From contig CAMZKV010000042.1 of assembly GCA_947311445.1 (NCBI GenBank), positions 2,982 through 66,981 on the forward strand: a stretch of 64,000 nt of DNA. The letters are read 5' to 3'. The translations under genes were made by a program, and so were the position numbers. Shown here in pieces: positions 48,372 to 57,480 of the stretch; position 1 is the stretch's first letter, and every line of letters starts with the position of its first letter. The DNA is from an uncultured Chlorobiota bacterium. Lineage in GTDB: Bacteria; Bacteroidota; Bacteroidia; Bacteroidales; JAADGE01. The notes under the pieces are model-generated. The model was not told the DNA's origin. It did not search any database and saw nothing but the letters and a program-made list of their open reading frames with translations.

Positions 48372-48525
48372 ATGAAACACCAAAGACAAAAGTTTCAGCA
48401 CACAAAGGAATGACTAAAATGTGTATTTCCTATGCATTTTTAATAAATGCAAATTGACTTTTAACTTCACACTTTCAAACTTTTAACTTTTAACTTTAAA
48501 ACTTTTAACTATTATTAGACACATG
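48372..48525 (+). repeat. start-codon-abutting repeat, S-type variant with CTTTTAAC micro-repeats
   Basis: ATGAAACACCAAAGAC...GTTTCAGCACACAAAGGAATGAC...TATGCATTTTTAATAAATGCAAATTGACTTTTAAC...(ACTTTTAAC repeated)...ATTAGACACATG ends on the ATG of the 48523 gene. Confidence 0.65.
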
Positions 48526-50913
48526 AAAAAAATAACTTTTTTATTTCTATTCCTGTTATCATTATCATCATTTATATATAGCCAATCAACAGGTTGTATC
48601 TATGGAGATTGTACAAACGGATATGGAAAATATGTATGGGATACAGGAGATGAGTACATTGGCGACTGGGTAAACGGACAACAAGAAGGTAATGGAACTT
48701 TAACTTATAAAGATGGAGGAAAATACACCGGAGAGTTTGTTAACGGACTTAGACATGGAATGGGAACATTTACATGGGCTTCGGGAGTAAAACACTCAGG
48801 ACAATGGATGAAAGGAAACCAACATGGCGAAGGTACATATATATATGCAGATGGGACTATTTCAACAGGAATTTGGGAAAACGGAAAATGGAAAGGAAAA
48901 ATTGGAGAAGTTACAGGTTGTATTTTTGGAGATTGCTCAAATGGTAAAGGAACATATATATGGAAAAATGGTGAGAAATATAACGGTGAATGGAAAAATA
49001 ATAAAAGAAACGGACAAGGCACAAATTATTTTGCAAACGGATTAAGATATGAAGGAGAATGGAAAGATGATTTAAGAAACGGATTTGGAATAAATTTCAA
49101 AGTTGACGGGACAATAGAAAAAGGTCTTTGGGATAATGACAGATATACAGGCTCGGGTTCAAACAGTTATGGATGCATTTCTGGCGACTGCTCAAATGGA
49201 TATGGAATATACACTTGGGAATCAGGAGAAAAATATGAAGGATATTGGAAATTTGATGCCTCTTTGAATTATGGAAAAAGACACGGATATGGTGTTAACT
49301 ATTTTTCTAATGGTGCTAAATATGATGGAAATTGGGTAGAAGGAAAAAAACAAGGCAAAGCTACATATACCTATCAACCAGAATCAATTTATAAATATTA
49401 CACAGGAGAATATGTTCAAGGAAATATGACAGGAGATGGAGTTTTTGAATATAAAGATGGGAAAAAATATGTAGGAGAATTTAAAGATAATTATTTCCAT
49501 GGACAAGGAACATTATATTATCCTAACGGGAAAATAGAATCTGGTATTTGGGAAAAAGATGTTTTGGTTAGAAAAAGCATCATCAAAGAAACAGGCTGTA
49601 TATCAGGAAATTGCGAAAATGGTTTTGGGACTTATGTTTGGAAAACAGGAGGTAAATATATTGGCGATTTTGAAAATGGAAAACGAGAAGGAAAAGGAAC
49701 TTATACATTTGAAAATGGAGATGTTTATAAAGGAGATTGGAAAAATGGAACTTATAATGGGCAAGGTACTTATAAATTTAAATCAGGATCAAAATATGTT
49801 GGAGAATGGAAAAACGGAAAATATAATGGTATAGGAACTATGTTCTATAAAAATGGAACATCAAAAACAGGGCTTTGGGAAAACGATGAATTTAAAGGAA
49901 AAGGTATAAAAAACTCATCTAAACCAGAAATCTCTTGGATAACACCTGCTTATGCAAATTCAACAAAAGAACAAAAATTTATAAAAGCAAAAGTTTGTAT
50001 AAAATCTGAAACCGATCTTCAAAATGTTCAATTTTATGTAAACGGAATAATAAAAGTTAACAATGCGACAAGAGGATACTCAATAGTTAATGCAAGTTGC
50101 GATTATACAATAGAAAGAGAAATATCTTTAGAAAACGAAAAAAACATTATTACTGTAAAAGTTACAAACAATGCCGGAACAGTAACTTCAGATACTAGAA
50201 CAGTTATTGTAAAACAAGAAATTGTTACAACTGATCAAAAAAGATTAGCATTAATTATTGGAAATGGAGACTACACTATGTCGCCTTTAAAAAATCCTCC
50301 TAATGATGCAAATGTAATTGCCAAAGAACTTAGAAATCTCGGTTTTGAAGTATTGGCTTTTACAAATTTATCTCAAAATGACATGAAAAAAAGAATTCGA
50401 GAATTCGGAAATAAACTAGCATCTCAAAAAGGAATTGGTCTTTTTTACTATGCCGGACATGGACTTCAACTAAACGGAGAAAACTATATTGTTCCTGTGA
50501 ATGCAGTAATTAACAAAGAACAAGATGTTGAACTTGAAGCAGTCAACCTAAAAAGAATACTTGGAGAAATGGACTATGCAGGAAACGATTTAAATATTGT
50601 TATTCTTGATGCTTGCAGAAACAACCCTTTTGCCAGAAGTTTTCGGTCTGGTGGAGGAAATGGTTATGCATCCGTTAATGCACCAAAAGGAACATATATT
50701 GCATTTGCTACTGCCCCCGGTTCTGTTGCATCAGACGGAACAGGAGATAATGGACTATATACCCAAGAACTAGTAAAAGCATTAAAAAAACCAGGACTAA
50801 AAATAGAAGATGTTTTTAAACAAGTAAGAAATAATGTTTATAATATTTCCGGCAAACAACAACTAACTTGGGAAAACTCATCTATTTTTGGAGACTTTTA
50901 TTTTAAAAGATAA
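48523..50913 (+). CDS. secreted MORN-repeat protein with C-terminal caspase-like (peptidase C14) domain
   Basis: 796-aa ORF. Signal peptide and about 20 MORN-type repeats (YxGEWxNGxxxGxG). These are punctuated four times by GC[IF]xG[DN]CxNGxGxY. An Ig-like linker follows, then a caspase fold with the His/Cys dyad (YYAGHGLQ, VILDACRNNPF). Confidence 0.85.
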   Translation: MKKITFLFLFLLSLSSFIYSQSTGCIYGDCTNGYGKYVWDTGDEYIGDWVNGQQEGNGTLTYKDGGKYTGEFVNGLRHGMGTFTWASGVKHSGQWMKGNQHGEGTYIYADGTISTGIWENGKWKGKIGEVTGCIFGDCSNGKGTYIWKNGEKYNGEWKNNKRNGQGTNYFANGLRYEGEWKDDLRNGFGINFKVDGTIEKGLWDNDRYTGSGSNSYGCISGDCSNGYGIYTWESGEKYEGYWKFDASLNYGKRHGYGVNYFSNGAKYDGNWVEGKKQGKATYTYQPESIYKYYTGEYVQGNMTGDGVFEYKDGKKYVGEFKDNYFHGQGTLYYPNGKIESGIWEKDVLVRKSIIKETGCISGNCENGFGTYVWKTGGKYIGDFENGKREGKGTYTFENGDVYKGDWKNGTYNGQGTYKFKSGSKYVGEWKNGKYNGIGTMFYKNGTSKTGLWENDEFKGKGIKNSSKPEISWITPAYANSTKEQKFIKAKVCIKSETDLQNVQFYVNGIIKVNNATRGYSIVNASCDYTIEREISLENEKNIITVKVTNNAGTVTSDTRTVIVKQEIVTTDQKRLALIIGNGDYTMSPLKNPPNDANVIAKELRNLGFEVLAFTNLSQNDMKKRIREFGNKLASQKGIGLFYYAGHGLQLNGENYIVPVNAVINKEQDVELEAVNLKRILGEMDYAGNDLNIVILDACRNNPFARSFRSGGGNGYASVNAPKGTYIAFATAPGSVASDGTGDNGLYTQELVKALKKPGLKIEDVFKQVRNNVYNISGKQQLTWENSSIFGDFYFKR

Positions 50914-50936
50914 TTCATATAACAATTAAATTAACC

Positions 50937-50962
50937 CCGTCAGAGGTTAAAAACCCTGACGG
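50937..50962 (+). terminator. hairpin downstream of the MORN-caspase gene (weak terminator candidate)
   Basis: Stem CCGTCAG (50937-50943) / CTGACGG (50956-50962) followed by TGGTTTCTTTC. No clean U-tract. Confidence 0.4.
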
Positions 50963-51105
50963 TGGTTTCTTTCAACCTACATATTAACAATATTTAAAGT
51001 AAATTGACCTTCATTTTTAATAATTTCGTCAAAAAGTATTAAACTTGCTACGATTTTTATTAATTTTGCAGATATTTAATAAAAGAAATCTCTAAAACTT
51101 CAAAA

Positions 51106-51768
51106 TTGAAACTTAAAAAAATATCACCATCCTTATTATCAGCAAATTTCTCAAATTTAGAAAAAGATATAAAAATGGTGGAAGAAGGCGGAGCACACCT
51201 TTTGCATATTGATGTTATGGATGGACATTTTGTCCCTAACATTACTATGGGACCTGTTGTTGTTGAAGCAATTAATGAAGTTGCAAAAATTCCGCTTGAT
51301 GTACATCTTATGATTTCAGACCCGGATTATTATATAAATGCCTTTGCAGATGCAGGGGCTGACTATATTACTGTTCATTCTGAATCTACAAATCATTTAC
51401 ACCGAGTTTTGCAGAAAATAAAAGCAAGAGGAATTAAAGCCGGTGTTTCTTTAAACCCTCACACTCCACTCTCCGTTCTTGAAAATATTCTAGACAATGT
51501 TGATTTAATTTTAATAATGTCAGTAAATCCGGGATTTGGAGGACAAAGTTTCATCCCAAATACAATAAAAAAACTTCAAAATCTAAAAAAAATGCTTAAA
51601 AAACATAATTCTGAACATATTGAAATTGAAGTTGATGGAGGAATTAAAATTGACAATATAAAAGAAGTTTCAGATGCAGGCTGTGATATTTTCGTTTCCG
51701 GTTCAGGAATTTTTAAAGCCAAAAATCCAAAAAAAATGATTTCTGAAATGATTAATACATTAAGCTAA
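51106..51768 (+). CDS. rpe: ribulose-phosphate 3-epimerase
   Basis: 220-aa ORF (TTG start). SPSLLSANF, HIDVMDGHFVPN, and MSVNPGFGGQSF. Confidence 0.92.
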   Translation: MKLKKISPSLLSANFSNLEKDIKMVEEGGAHLLHIDVMDGHFVPNITMGPVVVEAINEVAKIPLDVHLMISDPDYYINAFADAGADYITVHSESTNHLHRVLQKIKARGIKAGVSLNPHTPLSVLENILDNVDLILIMSVNPGFGGQSFIPNTIKKLQNLKKMLKKHNSEHIEIEVDGGIKIDNIKEVSDAGCDIFVSGSGIFKAKNPKKMISEMINTLS

Positions 51769-51812
51769 AATAATTGCAACTTCACACCCTGACAAGAGCT
51801 CCACTTAACAAA

Positions 51813-52160
51813 CTATCTTCTTTTCACAATAAGCACCTCATTATCAGAAAATTCCATCCAGGCAAGATCGTAAACATAGAAGAAAAGTTTTCCTCTACTA
51901 TTTCGAATTATATGTGTATGATATTTAAAATTAAATTTTTTTTGATCAAGAACTAATCGTTTAACCTTTATTTGAGTTTTTCTTTTTCCAAGTATTTCAA
52001 GTAAAATACTTCTGTTTCTGTGCAAAATTTTATTAATACTCCGAACAGCAACATCAGTAACTCGCCTTAAATTAACATGATAATAATTTTTGCATTCTAC
52101 TGAACAAAATTTCTTATCGCTCCGGCCTGTTATTTCAATTTTACAAACTATACATTTCAT
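51813..52160 (-). CDS. hypothetical zinc-ribbon protein
   Basis: CxxC...CxxC motif (MKCIVCKIEITGRSDKKFCSVECKNYYH) followed by a basic helical region. I chose the start at MKC (52160). Confidence 0.45.
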   Translation of the reverse strand: MKCIVCKIEITGRSDKKFCSVECKNYYHVNLRRVTDVAVRSINKILHRNRSILLEILGKRKTQIKVKRLVLDQKKFNFKYHTHIIRNSRGKLFFYVYDLAWMEFSDNEVLIVKRR

Positions 52161-52197
52161 TTCTAACAGAAGTTCAAATATTAAATTCAATAAAAAA

Positions 52198-52944
52198 TTA
52201 ATGATTCCAAAAACCTTGTTTTTTTACAACTTCAAGAAGCGATTTTGAAAAATGAATATTATTTTCTTTTGTATATCTTTTTTCTGTAAAAACATGAGCC
52301 AAACTTTTAACTCCATTCTCATTAACTATTTTTTTTGAAAAATCAGAATTTTCATACTCTTTATAAATTTCATTAATTTCTTTTTCAGAAAAATCACTAT
52401 ATTCTTCATAATGAACTACTGCATTAGTTGGAAGCCTATCAGTTAAACTAGGAGTTTCATCAGGATATCCCACAGTTAACGTTGTAACAGGAATTACGCC
52501 TCTTGGAAGCTTTAGAACATCAATAATTTTTTCGGCAGTATAATTAGTAGTTCCCATATAGCAAATTCCAAGACCGTTTGCTTCTGCCTCTATTGCACAA
52601 TTTTGGGCTGTTATGCTGGCATCAATACTTGCTGTGTAAAACCACAAAAAATTATCATACGCAGGTTTCGTAGATCTCAATTCGCACCATTTGTTAAATC
52701 TATTCAAATCTGCACAGAAAGTTAAGATTAGAGGAGCTTGTTTAACAGCTTCTTGATTAAAATGCAAAGGCAATAATTCATTCTTCTTGCTTGAACTTTG
52801 GGTAACTATTATGCTATACGCTTGCATACTACCAGTATTGGAAGCTCTAATCCCAGCTTGTAAAATCTTGTCAATTAATTCTTTATCAAGTTTCCTTTTC
52901 TTGTATTTTCTTATTGACCTATGATTTAAAATAGTATTTGTCAT
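52198..52944 (-). CDS. nitroreductase family NAD(P)H-dependent oxidoreductase (NfsA-like)
   Basis: 248-aa ORF. N-terminal LNHRSIRKY motif and nitroreductase-fold conservation. Confidence 0.82.
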   Translation of the reverse strand: MTNTILNHRSIRKYKKRKLDKELIDKILQAGIRASNTGSMQAYSIIVTQSSSKKNELLPLHFNQEAVKQAPLILTFCADLNRFNKWCELRSTKPAYDNFLWFYTASIDASITAQNCAIEAEANGLGICYMGTTNYTAEKIIDVLKLPRGVIPVTTLTVGYPDETPSLTDRLPTNAVVHYEEYSDFSEKEINEIYKEYENSDFSKKIVNENGVKSLAHVFTEKRYTKENNIHFSKSLLEVVKKQGFWNH

Positions 52945-52992
52945 TTCTATATTTTTGTAAACCTGCTTTATCCATTAAAGCGGGTTAAATTA

Positions 52993-53604
52993 TCAAACTA
53001 AATTTTTAATTCCTTCCCTAATAACTTCAATTTCTCCCTTTGTGCAATCAATAACAGTTGATGCTTCAATTTTGCCATATCCTCCATCTATAACAGCATC
53101 AACAATTTTCATATATTTTTCATGAATTAATGAAGGGTCAGTCATGTATTCTATTATGTCATCATCTGCATGAACAGAACTTACAAGAATAGGATTTTGC
53201 ATTTCTCTAACAATTGTTCTAACAATATTATTGTTTGGAATTCTAACTCCAATTGTTTTTTTACTTTTCCTAAAAAAATTAGGAATGTTATTATTTGCAT
53301 TTAAAATAAATGTGAAAGGTCCTGGTAAATTTCTATTTATTACTTTGAACAAACTATTACTTATAGGTTTAACAAATAGAGAAACACAAGTTAGTTCTCC
53401 AAAAACAAATGAAAAATCTGCATCTTTTAATTTTACACCTTTAAGCTTTGCAAGTTTTTCAACTGCTTTTTTATTATTTATATCACAAGCAATGCTGTAA
53501 ACAGAATCAGTGGGAACAATGACCAATCCACCGTTTTTTAATATTTCAACAGCTTTGTTAATTTGCCTTTCAGCCGGGTTTTCTTCGTATAGTTTCAATA
53601 ACAT
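52993..53604 (-). CDS. tsaC: L-threonylcarbamoyladenylate synthase (YrdC/TsaC family)
   Basis: 203-aa ORF. YrdC-domain motifs GGLVIVPTDSVYSIACD and LPGPFTFIL. Confidence 0.88.
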   Translation of the reverse strand: MLLKLYEENPAERQINKAVEILKNGGLVIVPTDSVYSIACDINNKKAVEKLAKLKGVKLKDADFSFVFGELTCVSLFVKPISNSLFKVINRNLPGPFTFILNANNNIPNFFRKSKKTIGVRIPNNNIVRTIVREMQNPILVSSVHADDDIIEYMTDPSLIHEKYMKIVDAVIDGGYGKIEASTVIDCTKGEIEVIREGIKNLV

Positions 53605-53753
53605 AATTCAAATTTTTTGTCAAAAATAAACTATTATGTTATGAAAAAATGTTTTTTATAGTATTTTTCACTAAACAACTATACTATAAAGTTATATATG
53701 TATGTGCAAGATATTTTCCAAACACTTATTAATCAATCAAACTAATAAAAAAA

Positions 53754-55187
53754 TTATTTATTTTTTTTTGTCTTCATATTTTTAAACATTATACCAAAAA
53801 TTAAAACTAAAGAAGAAATAATAAAAGCAGGAATAAATGAAGACTTATTACTAAACTGCTCAGGAGAAACTGTACCCCAAATAAAGAAAGACAAGTTTAC
53901 AACAAAACCTGTAAATAAACTATAGAGAGCTTGTTTTTTATATTGCAAAACATCTTTTTTAATTAAAGCATAAAAAGTTACAGGAACAAAAATTACGATA
54001 CTTGCAATTCCTACAACCATTAAATCAACAATATTTGGTAAAAAAAGAGCTATTAAAAGTGCTAAAATCCCAAAAAACATGGATATTATCCTTATGCTTT
54101 TTTGAAGTTTTTTAGGATCAAGTTTTTCTTTAATATTTTTTCTTCCTGCGAAATCTTTAATTGCTGAAATTGAAATAACATTTAAAAAACTATCTCCCGA
54201 AGACATTAAGGCTGCCAATAAACCAACTACTGCAAAACCAAGTATCATAGGAGAACTATGTCTGCTTAAAAAAGAATATGCAACATCAGCAGAGTTTTCA
54301 AGAGGGGTATCTAAAACAACTTTTAAGGTCATGCCTATTAAAGGGAAAATTATATAAAAAGGTAACATCCCTAATCCCGAAAATATACTAACTCTTTTTG
54401 CAGTTCTTTCATCTTTAGCGGCAAGAACTCTTTGCCAAATATCCATACGTATTAAAACTGAATGCGATAAAAATAAAGGTAAAGCAATTAAAAACACAAT
54501 TCCCAAAGATGTACCATTTAGCATTTCTTTTGGAAGCTCATTTAACCTTGTAAGTTGTTCAGTGTCAGCCCAAATACCAGGTATAAAAATAAAAATAATC
54601 ATTAAAACAATAATAATAAACTGTATTAAATCTGTAATAATTACACCTGACATTCCTGCAAATGCTGTATAAATAATAACTATAATACTTGAAATAATAA
54701 CAGCAGGCAAATAACCAATTTCAAAAGCAAAATTTAATAAGGAAGCCATACCAACAAACTGAGCAGCAAGAAGAAAGAAAAAAATAAAAATATTTATTCC
54801 ATTCATTAAATATGAAAACGTTTTTGAATATACATCAGTACTCTTGCCAACATATTTATTATTAAGAAATTGAGAAAATGAATAGATTTTTTTTCTCCTT
54901 CCTTCGGAATTTATTTGTCCAGCAAAGCGAGATAAAATAAAGAAACCTATAACATAAGCAATCCCAATTCCCACAGCAGCAAAACCAGATTCATATCCCA
55001 TTGCCATTAGTCCCATTGAAGTCCCTCCTCCAACAAATGTTGCTAGAGTTGTTGCAACAAGCGGAAAAGTTTTTGTTTTCCTGTCATTTACCAAATAACT
55101 TTCTAAATTTCCTACTTTTACGTATTTAAGAGTAAAATAAATTATTAAAACAAGGTATATTAATAGCCAAAATAAAATCCAATTCAT
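53754..55187 (-). CDS. sodium:solute symporter family transporter
   Basis: 477-aa polytopic ORF with SSF-like N-terminus (YLVNDRKTKTFPLVATTLATFVGGGTSMG). Confidence 0.8.
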   Translation of the reverse strand: MNWILFWLLIYLVLIIYFTLKYVKVGNLESYLVNDRKTKTFPLVATTLATFVGGGTSMGLMAMGYESGFAAVGIGIAYVIGFFILSRFAGQINSEGRRKKIYSFSQFLNNKYVGKSTDVYSKTFSYLMNGINIFIFFFLLAAQFVGMASLLNFAFEIGYLPAVIISSIIVIIYTAFAGMSGVIITDLIQFIIIVLMIIFIFIPGIWADTEQLTRLNELPKEMLNGTSLGIVFLIALPLFLSHSVLIRMDIWQRVLAAKDERTAKRVSIFSGLGMLPFYIIFPLIGMTLKVVLDTPLENSADVAYSFLSRHSSPMILGFAVVGLLAALMSSGDSFLNVISISAIKDFAGRKNIKEKLDPKKLQKSIRIISMFFGILALLIALFLPNIVDLMVVGIASIVIFVPVTFYALIKKDVLQYKKQALYSLFTGFVVNLSFFIWGTVSPEQFSNKSSFIPAFIISSLVLIFGIMFKNMKTKKNK

Positions 55188-55552
55188 AATTTATAGTTTT
55201 TCGATAAAAAAACAAATATAGAAAACTTGCTTATTCTACTTATATAAAAAAAGTTAATATTCCTTAATTCTAGTCATTCACAATCATTTCATATTAAAAA
55301 ATACAGTTATAAGAAAAGGTCAAATACAAAATAAAAAAACTTTACATTTTAATATTTTATTGAATTTCAACGAATTGAAAAAAACAAAGGTATTGTGTTA
55401 AAAACAATTTTAGTTTATATTAATTTAAAATATCTTCATTTTTTAATAGGTAAAAAAAAAATATATAAACTGTTATTTGGCATATATTATATTACATATA
55501 TTTTGTAATTTTGTTTTTTTGAGAATTATAATTAAAAACTTAATAAAATATT

Positions 55553-56950
55553 ATGGAATACAGAATTGAACATGATACAATGGGAGAGGTAAAAGTACCA
55601 GCTGACAAATATTGGGGAGCACAAACACAACGCTCAAGAGAAAATTTTAAAATTGGAGATTCTGGTTCTATGCCCAAAGAAATTATTAATGCGTTTGGAT
55701 ATTTGAAAAAAGCTGCTGCTCAGGCAAATAATGAATTAGGAGTACTTTCAAATGAAAAAAAAATACTTATTGAAAAAGTATGTGATGAAATTATTGATGG
55801 AAAATTAAATGAGCAATTTCCATTAGTCATTTGGCAAACAGGTTCAGGAACTCAATCAAACATGAATGTTAATGAAGTTGTTTCAAACCGTGCTCATGTA
55901 CTAGCAGGAGGAAAACTTGGTGAAGGAGCAAGCCCAATTCACCCTAATGATGATGTAAACAAATCTCAATCATCAAACGACACTTTCCCAACTGCTATGC
56001 ACATTGCTGCATATAAAATACTTATAGAAAATACCATTCCAAGCATTGAAAAACTAAGAGACACTTTGGCAAAAAAAGTTGAAGATTTTAAAGATGTCGT
56101 AAAAAATGGACGAACTCATTGGATGGATGCTACACCTTTAACTTTAGGACAAGAATTTTCTGGCTATGTTTCGCAAATTAAATTTGGTTTAAAAGCTTTA
56201 AAAAACACACTTGCACATCTTACAGAACTTGCTCTTGGCGGAACTGCTGTTGGAACAGGACTTAACACTCCTAATGGCTATGATGTTTTAGTTGCAAAAA
56301 AGATTGCTGACTTAACAGGCTTACCTTTTGTAACAGGAACAAATAAATTTGAAGGACTTGCGGCACATGATGCAATAGTTGAATCTTCCGGTGCATTGAA
56401 ACAGCTTGCTGTTAGTTTAATGAAAATTGCTAATGATATTAGAGTTATGGCATCGGGACCTCGCGGAGGAATTGGCGAATTAATTATTCCATCAAACGAA
56501 CCCGGGTCTTCAATTATGCCGGGAAAGGTTAACCCTACACAAGTTGAAGCTCTTACAATGGTTTGTGCACAAGTTATTGGAAATGATGCTGCCATAACAG
56601 TTGGAGGAATGCAAGGACATTTTGAACTTAATGTTTTTAAACCTGTAATGATTCACAACTTCTTAGAAAGTGCAAAACTTTTGGGTGATGCTTGTGTTTC
56701 TTTTAATGATAATTTGGCTGTTGGAATTGAGCCAAATCATCTTGAAATAAAACATAAATTAGAAAATACTTTAATGCTTGTAACAGCACTTAACACAAAA
56801 ATTGGTTATGAGAAAGCTGCCAAAATTGCAAAAAAAGCACATAAAGAAAATACAACTTTAAGAAAAGCTGCAATCGATTTAGGCTATGTTACAAATGAAC
56901 AATTTGATGAATGGGTTGTGCCTGCAAAAATGATTGGTTCTTTGGACTGA
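55553..56950 (+). CDS. fumC: class II fumarate hydratase
   Basis: 465-aa [32 protein letters not shown]-terminus and the [11 protein letters not shown] signature. Confidence 0.96.
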   Translation: MEYRIEHDTMGEVKVPADKYWGAQTQRSRENFKIGDSGSMPKEIINAFGYLKKAAAQANNELGVLSNEKKILIEKVCDEIIDGKLNEQFPLVIWQTGSGTQSNMNVNEVVSNRAHVLAGGKLGEGASPIHPNDDVNKSQSSNDTFPTAMHIAAYKILIENTIPSIEKLRDTLAKKVEDFKDVVKNGRTHWMDATPLTLGQEFSGYVSQIKFGLKALKNTLAHLTELALGGTAVGTGLNTPNGYDVLVAKKIADLTGLPFVTGTNKFEGLAAHDAIVESSGALKQLAVSLMKIANDIRVMASGPRGGIGELIIPSNEPGSSIMPGKVNPTQVEALTMVCAQVIGNDAAITVGGMQGHFELNVFKPVMIHNFLESAKLLGDACVSFNDNLAVGIEPNHLEIKHKLENTLMLVTALNTKIGYEKAAKIAKKAHKENTTLRKAAIDLGYVTNEQFDEWVVPAKMIGSLD

Positions 56951-57041
56951 TAATGAGTTTTTAGGAAGTAAAAATAATGATTGTATTTTTTTGAATTATA
57001 ACAAAGAAAAATATTGTTTATAAAAATGTGAAAACTGAATT

Positions 57042-57070
57042 AAAAAAACGACATAAGTCGTTTTTTTTTT
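57042..57070 (+). terminator. rho-independent terminator of fumC
   Basis: A-run, stem CGAC (57049-57052) / GTCG (57057-57060) extended by A:T pairs, then a 10-nt T-run (57061-57070). Confidence 0.7.
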
Positions 57071-57107
57071 CGACTTTATTAAACTCATGCTTAATACTAT
57101 TTATAAA

Positions 57108-57150
57108 GCAAAACGTCCGATATAAATCATTTATTTATCGGGCGTTTTGC
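57108..57150. other. 15-bp-stem hairpin of unknown role
   Basis: GCAAAACGTCCGATA (57108-57122) pairs with TATCGGGCGTTTTGC (57136-57150) with one G:U position. There is no U-tract on the plus strand. Confidence 0.5.
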
Positions 57151-57480
57151 ATCACAAATAGTTTGTTTATAGAATTAAAAAAATAAAGGTTTTCCTTTTT
57201 TTCAATGCAATTGTATATTTAATATTATATTTTTAAATGAGAGTAAAACAAAATTTAGTTTATCTTTTTTATTTTATTTGATTTTTACATTTTATGCTTA
57301 TAAAAAAAACAATTCATAAAATCGTTTAGCCTTATTTTTTTAGCGTATTTGCAACATTATAAGTTTTTTTTGTTTTTTTTTATGCTCTATGCAACCTAAT
57401 TTAAAAATTCTATGTCTAGTTTACAGATATTAAGATATCTTTATCTTAAATTATTTATTTATAAATTAAAAAACGAAATT

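Noticed and set aside
48466-48510. Clustered ACTTTTAAC repeats considered as a possible mini-CRISPR or array
   Set aside because: The units are only 8-9 nt with no unique spacers, and they are part of the S-type leader repeat. They are not a CRISPR array. They are kept only as a possible slipped-strand tract.
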